Below, piece by piece: positions 53,421-62,974 of a DNA stretch of 64,000 nt (position 1 is its first letter; the number at the start of each line of letters is the position of its first letter). Source of the stretch: an uncultured delta proteobacterium (GTDB lineage: Bacteria; Myxococcota_A; Polyangia; Polyangiales; Polyangiaceae). Position numbers and translations under genes: made by a program. The stretch covers positions 4,800,001-4,864,000 of the forward strand of contig CAWDXG010000004.1 of NCBI GenBank assembly GCA_963806225.1, given 5' to 3'. The notes beneath the pieces were generated by a model that saw only the letters and a list, made by a program, of their open reading frames with translations, had not been told where the DNA came from and did no database searches.

Positions 53421-54830
53421 CTACGCGTTCTTCTTCGCCAGCGCGCCGAGGCACTCGTACGCGGCGTACTTGTACGACTCGGCGAGCGTTGGATAGTTGA
53501 AGACCATGTCGATGAAAAGATCGACGGTGGCGCCCACGTGGATCGCGGCCTGGCCGATGTGGACGAGCTCGGTGGCGCGCTCGCCGATGACGTGGACGCC
53601 GATCAAGCGGCGGTCTTCCGCGTTCACGACCAGCTTGGTGATGCCCTCGAGGTCGCCGGTGATCTTTCCGCGGGCGTTGTTCTTGTACAGGGCGCGGCCG
53701 ACCACGAAGTCGATGTCCTTTTCGGCGGCGCTCTGCTCCGTTTCGCCGACGGCGCTGACTTCCGGGATGGTGTAGATGCCATAGGGCATCAGGTCGTCGA
53801 CGGCCTGCTTGTACTCGAAGCCGAAGGCGTGGCACACGGCAACGCGCCCCTGCTCCATCGAAACCGACGCCAGCGCCGGGAAGCCGATCACGTCGCCCGC
53901 CGCCCACACGTTCGGCACTCTCGTGCGGTACTGCTTGTCGACGGGGATGTAGCCGCGCTTGTTCGGCTCGATGCCGATGTTCTCGAGGCCGAGGCTGTGC
54001 GAGCAGCCGACGCGCCCTGCGCTGAACAGCAGCTGCTCGGAAAGCAGCCGCGTGCCGTCGTCGAGCGTCGTAGTGACGCTGACGCCGCGGCGCTCCACGT
54101 TGTTCCAGCGGCGGCCCTGGAGCAGCCGGATGCCCAGGTGTTTCATCGCGGTGCGCAGCCGCTCGATGATCTCGCGGTCGAGGAACGGCAGGATCTCGTC
54201 GCGCGCGTCGACCAGCTGCACCTCCACGCCGAGCGCCGCGAACATGCAGGCGTACTCGCAGCCGATCACGCCGCCGCCGAGGATGGTGAGCGACGCGGGT
54301 AGCTTGTGGATGTGCAGGACCTCGTCGCTGTCGTGGATGAGCTCGTCCTCGAAGTCGATGTCGGTCGGGCGGTACGGGCGCGAGCCGGTGGAGATCAGGA
54401 AGTGCTCGCCGCTGATCATGTGCTCGCCGTCGGGGCCGATGACGTGGACGGTGTGCGGATCGACGAAGCGCGCCGTGCCGGCGACGTAGCTGACCTTGTG
54501 GCGGTCGAGGTTGTGGCGGATGGCGAGCGACTCGGCTTCGGCGATGGCGTTCTTGCGGGCCATCAGATGCGGCACGGTGGTGCCCGGCTCGAGGTGCACG
54601 GCGACGCCGTACAGGTCGCGGGCGCGATAGCCGGACAGGTACAGGGCGCTCTCGCGCAGCGTCTTGCTCGGCAGGGTGCCGGTGTGGACGGCGGCGCCGC
54701 CGGGCTGGAGTGCCTTCTCGACGACGGCGACGCGCTTGCCGAAATAGGCCGCCTGGGCGGCGCCCTTCTCGCCAGCGGGGCCGGCGCCGATCACGACGAG
54801 GTCGAAGTGCTGGTCGGACGAATTTTCCAC
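53421..54830 (-). CDS. sthA: Soluble pyridine nucleotide transhydrogenase
   Basis: GAGPAG, GGAAVHTGTLPSKTLRE (no redox disulfide), GGGVIGCEYA, GDVIGFPALAS.SMEQGR, FNYPTLAE.YK.AA. Confidence 0.92.
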   Translation of the reverse strand: MENSSDQHFDLVVIGAGPAGEKGAAQAAYFGKRVAVVEKALQPGGAAVHTGTLPSKTLRESALYLSGYRARDLYGVAVHLEPGTTVPHLMARKNAIAEAESLAIRHNLDRHKVSYVAGTARFVDPHTVHVIGPDGEHMISGEHFLISTGSRPYRPTDIDFEDELIHDSDEVLHIHKLPASLTILGGGVIGCEYACMFAALGVEVQLVDARDEILPFLDREIIERLRTAMKHLGIRLLQGRRWNNVERRGVSVTTTLDDGTRLLSEQLLFSAGRVGCSHSLGLENIGIEPNKRGYIPVDKQYRTRVPNVWAAGDVIGFPALASVSMEQGRVAVCHAFGFEYKQAVDDLMPYGIYTIPEVSAVGETEQSAAEKDIDFVVGRALYKNNARGKITGDLEGITKLVVNAEDRRLIGVHVIGERATELVHIGQAAIHVGATVDLFIDMVFNYPTLAESYKYAAYECLGALAKKNA

Positions 54831-54882
54831 GGCGCGGATGATACCGCGTCGGCGGGCGCTTTTGGGGGCGGCGTCCGCGGCG

Positions 54883-56040
54883 CTACATCAGCGAGACGAC
54901 CCAGCCGGCGCCGATCCAGGCGCCGATAGCCGAGCCGAGCGTGGCCATGATGGCGACCAGCAGCACGCGGGTGACGCGGTTCCTGTAGATCCCGCGCAGG
55001 CTGAGCGCATCGCGGCTGACGTTGTGGGCGTCTTCCACCCGCGGCTTGCGCAGCCACGCCTCGACCATGCCGGCGACCATGCCGGCGCCGATCGTGGGAT
55101 TGAGCGACGTGATAGGCGAGGCGATGAAGGCCGTGACGACCGTGAGCGGCTTGGCGCCGGCCACCATGCTGAGCAGTGCGGCGACGACGGAGTTCGGCAG
55201 GATCCAGGCGAACAGCATGTGCTTGAGCGTTTCGCCCGAGTGCTGCGTGAAGCCCCAGTAGAACGCGAACAGCACAATGGCCGGGATGATCCACTTCCAC
55301 AGGCCGGCGTAGGGCGCGGGCGGCGGGATCTCGCTGAGCGCATCGCGGTCGACGTGCTCGCCCAGGTGCGACAGCATGCCCTTGACGTGGCCGGCGCCGA
55401 CGACGCCGACGATGCGCTTTCCGGGCGCTTCCTGGATGCGACTCATCAGGTAGCGGTCGCGCTCGTCGATGAGCGGCTCCTTCACCTGTGGCATGACCCG
55501 CGCGAGCTCCTCCATCATCTCGCTGATGGTGTCGCGGTCCTTCAGCTCCTCGATCTGCTCCTCGGTGATCTCCTCCGCCGCGAAGGGCGCGGCGAGCAGG
55601 CTGCCGAGCAGCTTCATGCGGCTCCAGAAACCGACGTTGCGCCAGGTGCGCTTGAGCGTGGCCTGGATGTCGCGGTCGGCCAGCACGACCTCGGCACCGA
55701 CCTCCTCGGCCGCGCGGACCGCGGCGAGCAGTTCCGCGCCGGGCCGCACGCCGAGCTTCTCGCCCATCTTGCGCTGGTAGGCGCTGAGCGCGAGGCTCGT
55801 CACCAGGAACAGCAGCTTCTTCTGGCGCATGACCTGGAACAGGTCGAGCTTCTGCCACTGGCTGTCGTCGTGCAGGGCGTCGTAGCGGGTCTGGTCGAGC
55901 TCGACGCACACGGTATCGGGGCGTTCCGTGGTGATGATGCGCTGGACCTCGTCGACGCTCTTCTGCGAGATGTGCGCCGTGCCGACGAGGAAGATCTCGC
56001 GCCCCTCGTGCTCGATCCGCGTGACGTGCTCGTCGGTCAT
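54883..56040 (-). CDS. TraB/PrgY (pheromone shutdown, TIKI-like) family membrane protein
   Basis: LVGTAHIS, VCVELD..R, ADRDI..TL.R, LIDERD.Y, VVGAGHV.G; C-terminal TM region. Confidence 0.9.
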   Translation of the reverse strand: MTDEHVTRIEHEGREIFLVGTAHISQKSVDEVQRIITTERPDTVCVELDQTRYDALHDDSQWQKLDLFQVMRQKKLLFLVTSLALSAYQRKMGEKLGVRPGAELLAAVRAAEEVGAEVVLADRDIQATLKRTWRNVGFWSRMKLLGSLLAAPFAAEEITEEQIEELKDRDTISEMMEELARVMPQVKEPLIDERDRYLMSRIQEAPGKRIVGVVGAGHVKGMLSHLGEHVDRDALSEIPPPAPYAGLWKWIIPAIVLFAFYWGFTQHSGETLKHMLFAWILPNSVVAALLSMVAGAKPLTVVTAFIASPITSLNPTIGAGMVAGMVEAWLRKPRVEDAHNVSRDALSLRGIYRNRVTRVLLVAIMATLGSAIGAWIGAGWVVSLM

Positions 56041-56122
56041 CTGGCACCTGCGTTACCCGACAACCGCCTGCCGTTCCAGTCGCTTGCTGCGCGGGCGCCC
56101 CGGCTCGGGCACAATCGCGGCC

Positions 56123-57283
56123 GTGTTCTCCTCGCGCAGCGGTACGGATCGACAGCCCAATCAGTTGTCGGAGGCGCTCGAGCGCATGCGGCGGAGCGGG
56201 CGGACGATCCTCGACCTGACGCTTTCGAATCCGACGCGGGCCGGGCTGCCCTATGCCGAGGGTGCGATCCAGCAGGCGCTGACCGACCCGGGAGCGCTTG
56301 GCTACGACCCCGAGCCGTTCGGGCTACCGGCGGCGCGGCAGGCGGTGGCGGTGCACCTCGCCGAACGCGGTCTCGACGTGCCGCCGTCGCGCATCCTGCT
56401 CACCGCCAGCACCAGCGAGGCCTACGGCTTCGCGCTCAAGCTCTTGTGCGATCCGGGCGACGAGGTGCTGGTGCCCGCGCCGAGCTATCCGCTGCTGGAG
56501 CACCTGGCCGGCTACGAGAGCGTGCAGCTGTCGCGCTATCCGCTCGGCTATGACGGGGCGTGGCACATCGACCTGGACGAGCTCGCGGGGCGGGTGAGCG
56601 AACGTACTCGCGCGATCATCGTGGTGAGCCCCAACAATCCGACCGGCTCGTACCTGAAACAGGACGAGCTCCAGGCTCTGGAACGGCTCGGGCTGCCCGT
56701 GATCTCCGACGAGGTGTTCGCCAGCTATCCGCTGTCGGACGATCCCCGGCGCGCGGCGAGCGCGCTCGAAGCTCGCGACGTGCTGGTGCTGGCGCTGGGC
56801 GGCCTGTCCAAGCTGGCCGCGCTGCCGCAGATGAAGCTCGCCTGGGCGGCGCTCGGCGGGCCGGCGGCTCTGGTGGACGAGGCGCTCGGGCGCCTGGAGC
56901 TGATTGCGGATGCGTACCTGTCGGTGGGCACACCGGTGCAGCTCGCCCTGCCCGGGCTGCTCGCCAGCCGTCAGGGGACCGAGCACGCGATCCGCGAGCG
57001 CGGCCGTGACAATCTCGCGGCGCTTCGCCAGGCGCTTGACGGCAGCGCGGCGACGGTGCTGCACGTGGAGGGCGGCTGGTACGCGGTGGTGCGGTTGCCT
57101 GCGACGCAGAGCGAGGAAGAGTGGGTGCTCGCTCTCCTGGAGCAGCATGGCGTGCTGGTGCAGCCAGGCTGGTTCTACGATTTCGAGATGGAACCCGTCG
57201 TGATCGTCAGTCTTCTGACGCCGGGGCCGGAGCTTGTTGACGGCGCCGCGCGGCTGGCAGCCTGCGTCGCGGTTCCGGCCTGA
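56123..57283 (+). CDS. PLP-dependent aminotransferase, class I/II
   Basis: DLTLSNPT, PSYP, SPNNPTG, ISDEVF, GLSK (PLP-binding Lys). Confidence 0.9.
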   Translation: MFSSRSGTDRQPNQLSEALERMRRSGRTILDLTLSNPTRAGLPYAEGAIQQALTDPGALGYDPEPFGLPAARQAVAVHLAERGLDVPPSRILLTASTSEAYGFALKLLCDPGDEVLVPAPSYPLLEHLAGYESVQLSRYPLGYDGAWHIDLDELAGRVSERTRAIIVVSPNNPTGSYLKQDELQALERLGLPVISDEVFASYPLSDDPRRAASALEARDVLVLALGGLSKLAALPQMKLAWAALGGPAALVDEALGRLELIADAYLSVGTPVQLALPGLLASRQGTEHAIRERGRDNLAALRQALDGSAATVLHVEGGWYAVVRLPATQSEEEWVLALLEQHGVLVQPGWFYDFEMEPVVIVSLLTPGPELVDGAARLAACVAVPA

Positions 57284-57416
57284 CGGCCAGCAGCGACGGG
57301 GATGTCGCGCCCTGTGCCGGCCTGGGCCATCTCCAGGTCCTTGGACACGCGACAGCGAGCTCGCGTCGAGCGGGACGAGGCGCGCCGGGGGACCGGAGGC
57401 ACGCTTCCGGGCAACG

Positions 57417-57432
57417 GGGTACGGCGTTTGCT
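57417..57432 (+). promoter_or_regulatory. Possible sigma54 promoter
   Basis: GGGTACG-GCGT-TTGCT with conserved -24 GG and -12 GC spacing, about 50 nt upstream of the GTG at 57482. Confidence 0.4.
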
Positions 57433-57481
57433 TCTGCGCGCGCGCAGGCGCAAGCTCGCGGCTCGGCGTAGGGAGGCAGCA

Positions 57482-59242
57482 GTGAATCTCCGGTATCCGG
57501 TGTTGGTGGGCGCGGCGGTGGCCGCGCTGGGAACAACCCATTGCGGCGGTCGCGGACCGTTGCTGGACGAGACCCAATGCGGGCCGGGAACGGTGCTGGT
57601 GAACGGGCAGTGCCTGCCGACCGACGGCGGCGCGACCGGAGGCACCGCGGGCAGCGGCGGTAGCTCGGGTTTTGGCGGCAGCTCCGGCTTTGGCGGCTTT
57701 GGCGGCAGCTCCGGCTTCGGTGGCAGTTCCGGCTTTGGCGGCAGCTCCGGCTTCGGTGGCAGTTCCGGCTTTGGCGGCAGCTCCGGCTTCGGTGGCAGTT
57801 CCGGGTTCGGCGGCAGCTCCGGCTTCGGCGGCAGCTCCGGGTTCGGTGGCAGCTCCGGGTTCGGTGGCAGCGCGGGCTTCGGCGGCAGCTCCGGCTTCGG
57901 CGGCAGCTCCGGCTTCGGCGGCAGCTCCGGCTTCGGCGGCAGCTCCGGGTTCGGTGGCAGCGCGGGCTTCGGTGGCAGCGCGGGCTTTGGTGGCAGCGCG
58001 GGCTTTGGTGGCAGCGCGGGCTTTGGTGGCAGCGCGGGCTTTGGTGGCAGCGCGGGCTTTGGTGGCAGCGCGGGGAGCGGGGGCACCGGCGGCAGCTGCA
58101 ACAGCGCGACGACCGACTGCGACGGCGACGGCTGGATGGTCAAGGACGGCGACTGCTGCGACAAGCCGGGGCCGTGCAGCTTCACGCCGGAGCTCGTGAA
58201 CCCGGGCGCCATCGAGTACATCGGCAACGCCGTCGACGACAACTGCAACGGCATGATCGACGAGGTCAACCCGCCCTGCGACGTGAAGGTCACGCAGACC
58301 GACAGCAGCGATCCGCTCGACTACGCGCGGGCGATGGATCTCTGCACGTTCACCCAGCAGAACGAGCCGCTGCCGAAGCGGACCTGGGGCGTCATCGACG
58401 GTCAGCTCACGCTTGCCGACGGCAGCGGCACGCCGGCGGCGGTCTCGCACGCCGTGCGCCCGCAGTTCGGCAAGGGGCTGTATCCGATCAAGGGCCAGCG
58501 CTTCGCGATCCTGTCGACCGGCGCGGCGGCAGCTCCCGGGGACACGAACCCGTCCTACACGGCGTTCCAGCCCGGCAGACAGAACGGGACGGCGAGCGGC
58601 TTCCCGCAGGACTGGCTCGCGGCGCATGGCGGCCAGCTGCCGAACTCGCCGGGCTGTCCCGGTCCGACGGGCAGCCAGGCCAACGATCCAGTGATGTTGA
58701 CGCTGCGCATCCGCGTGCCGACCAACGCGCGCTCTTTCTCGTTCAACTCGTTCTTCCTGTCGGCGGAGTTCCCCGAGTACGTGTGCACGCCGTACAACGA
58801 CTTCTTCGTGGCGCTGGTCGACGCGGGCGTGAACAACAACCCGCCCGACAAGAACCTGGCCGTCTACATCGCCCCCGATTTCAAGCGCTACCCGATCGGC
58901 GTGAACCTGGCGCAGGGGACCAACCTGTTCGCCGTCTGCGATGGCGGCCCGACGGGCTGCGCCGGCGGCGTTCCCGGCACGGCGACCTGCGCGTCCGGCC
59001 CCTCGCTGCTCAGCGGAACCGGCTTCGACACTGCCGATCAGGGTTGCGGCACGCCGCCCAACGCGAGCCAGCTGCTCGGAGGCGGCACGGGTTGGCTGAC
59101 GACGGCCGGCAACGCCAAGCCCGGCGACATCATGAAGATCCGCATCGCGCTCTGGGACACCAGCGACGCGGTCTACGACTCGCTGCTCCTGCTCGACAAC
59201 TGGGTCTGGAACCTGAACCCCGCGCAGCCCGGAACGAACTGA
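57482..59242 (+). CDS. Secreted/lipoprotein with GGSSGF repeat linker, MopE-like metal-binding motif and choice-of-anchor-L-like domain
   Basis: GGGAGG RBS, signal ending in Cys; DCDGDGW...DCCD...NPGA.E...N.VDDNCNG.IDE; LSTG, FLSAEFPEYVC..YNDFF, GGGTGWLTT, D..D..YDS. Confidence 0.82.
   Translation: MNLRYPVLVGAAVAALGTTHCGGRGPLLDETQCGPGTVLVNGQCLPTDGGATGGTAGSGGSSGFGGSSGFGGFGGSSGFGGSSGFGGSSGFGGSSGFGGSSGFGGSSGFGGSSGFGGSSGFGGSSGFGGSAGFGGSSGFGGSSGFGGSSGFGGSSGFGGSAGFGGSAGFGGSAGFGGSAGFGGSAGFGGSAGFGGSAGSGGTGGSCNSATTDCDGDGWMVKDGDCCDKPGPCSFTPELVNPGAIEYIGNAVDDNCNGMIDEVNPPCDVKVTQTDSSDPLDYARAMDLCTFTQQNEPLPKRTWGVIDGQLTLADGSGTPAAVSHAVRPQFGKGLYPIKGQRFAILSTGAAAAPGDTNPSYTAFQPGRQNGTASGFPQDWLAAHGGQLPNSPGCPGPTGSQANDPVMLTLRIRVPTNARSFSFNSFFLSAEFPEYVCTPYNDFFVALVDAGVNNNPPDKNLAVYIAPDFKRYPIGVNLAQGTNLFAVCDGGPTGCAGGVPGTATCASGPSLLSGTGFDTADQGCGTPPNASQLLGGGTGWLTTAGNAKPGDIMKIRIALWDTSDAVYDSLLLLDNWVWNLNPAQPGTN
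57656..58073 (+). repeat. 18-bp coding tandem repeat, about 22-23 copies (GGS[S/A]GF)
   Basis: GG(C/T)GGCAG(C/T)(TCC/GCG)GG(C/G)TT(C/T) units visible directly in the sequence. Confidence 0.95.
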
Positions 59243-59263
59243 GCTACGCGGGGTGACCCCCCG

Positions 59264-60157
59264 CTAGCGATAGCGTCGGCGGAGGACGAGGCCGCCGAGC
59301 AGCGCCAGCGCGCCGAACAGCAGCGCCGGGTCGGCCGGAGTGTGGCTCGCCTCGATGCGGCAGTTGCAGCCCGGCTTCTCCTTGATGGGCGGGGGCGCGT
59401 CGTCGGCGCCGTTGTCGCCGCTCGGTTCCGTGTCGTCGCCCGAGGGCTCGCCGGCGCTGTCTGAATCGCCGCTACCCGCGCTGTCGTCTCCGCCGCCGGA
59501 GCTGTCGTCGGAGGCCTTGTCGGATGAAGCACTGTCAGCGCCGGAGCCGCTGCCGTCGTCGGACACGTCGCCGTTCTTGTCGACGTGCCTCATGTCCTCC
59601 TTCTTCTTCGCCTTCTTCTTGCCGACGTTGCCGCTGAACACCATCGTGCGGCGGTCGATCGGCTTGTTCTTGCCTCCCAGGATCAGCGTGATGGGGCGCC
59701 CGATGAGGTGACCGGAGCGCGAATCGCGGATCTTGACCTGGTACTCGCCGGCCTTGAAGTCGTGGGCGCGTGTGATCTTGAAGGTGAACTTCGTCCGCTT
59801 CTGGATCTTGCCGGTGCCGGGATCGAGGAAGCCGATGTCCACGTCCTCGATGATGGCCGGGTTGTTGGTCAGCGGGACCTTGCGCTCGACGATCTTGTCG
59901 CCGTCGACCAGGTCGCGCTCGTAGTACGCCTTCGGGGTGAACTCGAACTTCACCGGGATGTGCGGAATACTCGGCGGGTGGCTCATGTAGATCTTCACCC
60001 CGAGATGCCAGGAGTGATCATCACGTTCCTGGGGGTGCTTGTTGTTCCACACGACGCGCCCGGCGGCCCGCGCCACTGTCGAGAGCAGCAGCACTGCCAA
60101 CAGGCAGGGAAGGGCGGCGAGGAGACGGGACCAACGTAGAAAGGGGCTCTTCGGCAT
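59264..60157 (-). CDS. Secreted protein with MYXO-CTERM-like sorting signal
   Basis: Signal peptide; acidic Ser/Gly linker; PGCNCRI...ALLFGALALLGGLVLRRR terminus. Confidence 0.8.
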   Translation of the reverse strand: MPKSPFLRWSRLLAALPCLLAVLLLSTVARAAGRVVWNNKHPQERDDHSWHLGVKIYMSHPPSIPHIPVKFEFTPKAYYERDLVDGDKIVERKVPLTNNPAIIEDVDIGFLDPGTGKIQKRTKFTFKITRAHDFKAGEYQVKIRDSRSGHLIGRPITLILGGKNKPIDRRTMVFSGNVGKKKAKKKEDMRHVDKNGDVSDDGSGSGADSASSDKASDDSSGGGDDSAGSGDSDSAGEPSGDDTEPSGDNGADDAPPPIKEKPGCNCRIEASHTPADPALLFGALALLGGLVLRRRYR

Positions 60158-60256
60158 GCGTTTCTCCGGCGCGACGGCATGCGGCCTCGCGCGGGTGGGG
60201 GTTTCGTTCCCGAGCGCATCGGGGCTAGAACCAGGAGGCGAGTGATACTAGCCGGA

Positions 60257-60904
60257 ATGCTGTCAGCTCGTCACGCCTCGCTGGTCTTCGCTTCCGGCGC
60301 GGCGGTGGCGGTCGGATGTTCCACCCGTGCGGTTCCCCGCAGCCAACCCGCGGCTCCCGCAGTGCCGGCCACATCATTCGCTGAAGCAATGCCGGAAAGT
60401 TCCGGCACGGGTGCAGAAGCGGGCACCGCAGCGACCGACGGGGGCATCGCGGTCGACTGGGAGGAGCAACGCGTCGACGCCGCGGCGCGGGAGGCGGCCG
60501 CGTGTCGTGACGTGCTGGGTGGACACCTCGCGCGGGTCTCGTGCGATCGCACGCGCATCCTGCTGGGCGGGCGGATCATCGCGCCCCCCAAGCGCCCGGC
60601 GCCGCCCAGGGCGACGCGCCGCCTGCTCGACGCCGTAGCTGGGCTTCTGCGCGCGCATCCCGGGCTACAGCTGCTCCGCATCGAAGCCTACAGCTCGCAC
60701 GATCCCGGCGGGGAGAAGCTGCACGTGCGGCGCGAGATCGAACAGAGCCAGGCGCGAGCCGACGCTGTCTTCCGCTACCTGTGGCAAAAGGACCGGATCT
60801 CGCCGGAACGTCTGGATCCGGTCGGCTACGGCTTCAGGCCGGCTTTCCGGAGCGCCGGGCAGCGCTGGCCGATCGTGCTCCGCGTGGTGCAGCGTGCGAG
60901 GTAG
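60257..60904 (+). CDS. Lipoprotein with divergent OmpA-like C-terminal domain
   Basis: VAVGC lipobox; LDAVAGLL..HP...LRIEAY...SQARADAV..YL....ISPERL..VGYG. Confidence 0.75.
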   Translation: MLSARHASLVFASGAAVAVGCSTRAVPRSQPAAPAVPATSFAEAMPESSGTGAEAGTAATDGGIAVDWEEQRVDAAAREAAACRDVLGGHLARVSCDRTRILLGGRIIAPPKRPAPPRATRRLLDAVAGLLRAHPGLQLLRIEAYSSHDPGGEKLHVRREIEQSQARADAVFRYLWQKDRISPERLDPVGYGFRPAFRSAGQRWPIVLRVVQRAR

Positions 60905-60938
60905 CAATCCACGCCCGGAGCGAATACCTTCGGGGCAC

Positions 60939-61769
60939 ATGCGAATCGGGGCGGCCGCTGCGTGGGCGATCGGGGTTGTGGTTTGGGCCGTCGCGCTGCC
61001 GGCTCGCGCCGAAGCGCCGCGCGATTACTTCCTGAACGCGCCCAGGCCGGGAAACTACGCACACCTCGACGCCTACACCGTCGGCACGCAGCTCAGCCTG
61101 GAAAACCGCTCCGACCTCGAGCCCGGGATGAGCATGCTGACGACGCGTGCCAGCGGCATCCTGAGCTACCCCTACGCGGACGGCAGTATCAACATGGATG
61201 CCCGCGTGTTCCTGTTCACGCTGGGCGGCAGCCTCGGCTACCGCTGGGTGTACCGGAACCTGAGGTTTTCGTCCGGCGAGTCGCGCACGTTCCAGGCGCG
61301 TCTCGATCGCGAGAAGGCCGGACAGTTCGACACGCAGGGTTTTGCCTACGGCGAGGGACGCTTCCAGCTGGTGGTGCCGCTGGACTTCCTGTTCTTGATC
61401 AACAAGACGGCCGTCCGCTGGGAAGGCCGGCAGGACAACTCCTTCGACTGGCTGTACGCGACGGTGCACGATCGCGGCACGATGGTGAAGAACGAGACCA
61501 CGCTCTTCTACCGCCACCGCGATTTCGGCGCGATCGGCCCGATGCTGCGCGTGATGGATCTGCCCAAGGACGGCACGCGCAAGACGGAGCTCCACGTCGG
61601 CTTGGTGTACGGCACGCGCCCGGGCCTGGTCTCGCCGCGGCATCACAACAGCGACCTGTTCCTCTTGCAGGTGCTGGGCAAGCCCGGCGACAACACCTAC
61701 GGCCTGCACGGCTACCACGTGCCGCTGTACATCCTCGCGGTGTACCGCGCGACGCTGTCGCTCGACTGA
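60939..61769 (+). CDS. Hypothetical exported protein, possible outer-membrane beta-barrel
   Basis: Signal peptide ending ARA; amphipathic beta-strand pattern. Confidence 0.65.
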   Translation: MRIGAAAAWAIGVVVWAVALPARAEAPRDYFLNAPRPGNYAHLDAYTVGTQLSLENRSDLEPGMSMLTTRASGILSYPYADGSINMDARVFLFTLGGSLGYRWVYRNLRFSSGESRTFQARLDREKAGQFDTQGFAYGEGRFQLVVPLDFLFLINKTAVRWEGRQDNSFDWLYATVHDRGTMVKNETTLFYRHRDFGAIGPMLRVMDLPKDGTRKTELHVGLVYGTRPGLVSPRHHNSDLFLLQVLGKPGDNTYGLHGYHVPLYILAVYRATLSLD

Positions 61770-61789
61770 GACCACGCGGTGGGGCCGCG

Positions 61790-62968
61790 ATGAAGACCAC
61801 GTTCGAGGGGGCGAGGGCGTATCGACCGAACCCACGGATCAGGGCGCTGTCGTGGGGCTCGGTGGTCGTGGGGCTCTTGATCGGAGTCGCAGCGATCGAG
61901 CTGGGGCCGGAGATTCTGGTCGCTTCGGTGCTCCTGGTGGGGCTGGGCCTGGCGGGTTTCGTCGTGGGGCGATCGACCGAAATGTTGGCTCTGCGCAGCA
62001 GCGAGCCGATCGCGGCGGCGCGCGAGGGGCTGTACGAAGGGGAGCGGTTGATCGTGGGGCGCGACCAGGTGCGTGCAGCGCTGACGGGTCGACACCACTC
62101 GTACGGCCCCGTCCTGGCGCTGCTTCGCGGATCGGACGTTGTGCTCGTCGAAACCGACGAGCTCCGCACTGCGGAGGACCTGCTCTGTGCCCTCCAGCTC
62201 GACGCCGTGCATCGCCGTATTGAAGTGCGTTTCCGCGTAGGGGTCGGGACCCGGCTGTTGACGTTGATGCTTGTCGCTGTCGTCGCGATCCTGGTGGCGT
62301 GGCTGTTCCGCGCACCGAGGCTGGTGGTGCTGACCGCCGTGATCGTGTTCGTCTCGAACTGGCACGCCAGGCTCGTCGTGGGCGACGACGGTCTGGCCCT
62401 TCGCACGCTCTGGCGTGAGCGGTTCGCGTCGTACGCGGAGATCCAGGGCGTCGGGTTCCGGGAAATGGCGGTTGGACCCCATGTGTGCATCGCGCTCCGC
62501 TCGGGCAGGGAGGTGCGGCTCGCTCCGTCGGAAGACCTCCGCCGGCGCGTCGGCCTCGAAAAGGGCGAGGAGGCCGTGCTCGAGCGCGTCCAGGCAGCGC
62601 TGGAGCGCTACCGCATGAGGGCGGCGCGCGCCCCTGTCCTCCCGCTCTCGCTCTCGGCGCGCACTACCGGCTCCCCCGCCGATCGCGTCCGCGCGCTCAC
62701 GAAAAAGGAGCAGGGCGGCGACGTGTACCGCCTCAATGCGCCGGATGCGGACGCTCTGCGGCAGGCCGTCGACGAGCCGACCCTGCCGCCGCGCGTGCGC
62801 GCCGAAGCGGCCATCATGCTCGGCGCGGCGGGAGACGCGGACGACCTCGAGCGACTCCGCCGCGCCGCCGAGCGCAGCGCGTGCAGGCCGCTGCGGGAGC
62901 TGTTCGAGAGCGTCGCGGTCCGCGCGGACGAAGCGACGCTGGCTCGCGCGCTCGGCCGCGTGGCGTGA
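61790..62968 (+). CDS. Hypothetical membrane protein (TM pairs, PH-like and helical C-terminal regions)
   Basis: Two pairs of hydrophobic helices, each followed by a soluble beta-rich domain; helical RVRAEAAIML tail. Confidence 0.6.
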   Translation: MKTTFEGARAYRPNPRIRALSWGSVVVGLLIGVAAIELGPEILVASVLLVGLGLAGFVVGRSTEMLALRSSEPIAAAREGLYEGERLIVGRDQVRAALTGRHHSYGPVLALLRGSDVVLVETDELRTAEDLLCALQLDAVHRRIEVRFRVGVGTRLLTLMLVAVVAILVAWLFRAPRLVVLTAVIVFVSNWHARLVVGDDGLALRTLWRERFASYAEIQGVGFREMAVGPHVCIALRSGREVRLAPSEDLRRRVGLEKGEEAVLERVQAALERYRMRAARAPVLPLSLSARTTGSPADRVRALTKKEQGGDVYRLNAPDADALRQAVDEPTLPPRVRAEAAIMLGAAGDADDLERLRRAAERSACRPLRELFESVAVRADEATLARALGRVA

Positions 62969-62974
62969 CCGCGG

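Noticed and set aside
54883..56040. TraB as a sign of a conjugative element
   Set aside because: This is the TraB/PrgY protease-like family, commonly chromosomal; no transfer genes nearby.
57656..58073. Tandem repeat considered as a CRISPR array
   Set aside because: Contiguous 18-bp coding units with no unique spacers, and no cas genes in the window.
57175..58293. Minus-strand ORF with PPKPEL/PPKPAL repeats resembling an extensin or TonB-like protein
   Set aside because: Antisense shadow of the GGSSGF repeat gene; the + strand has the RBS, signal peptide and recognisable domains.
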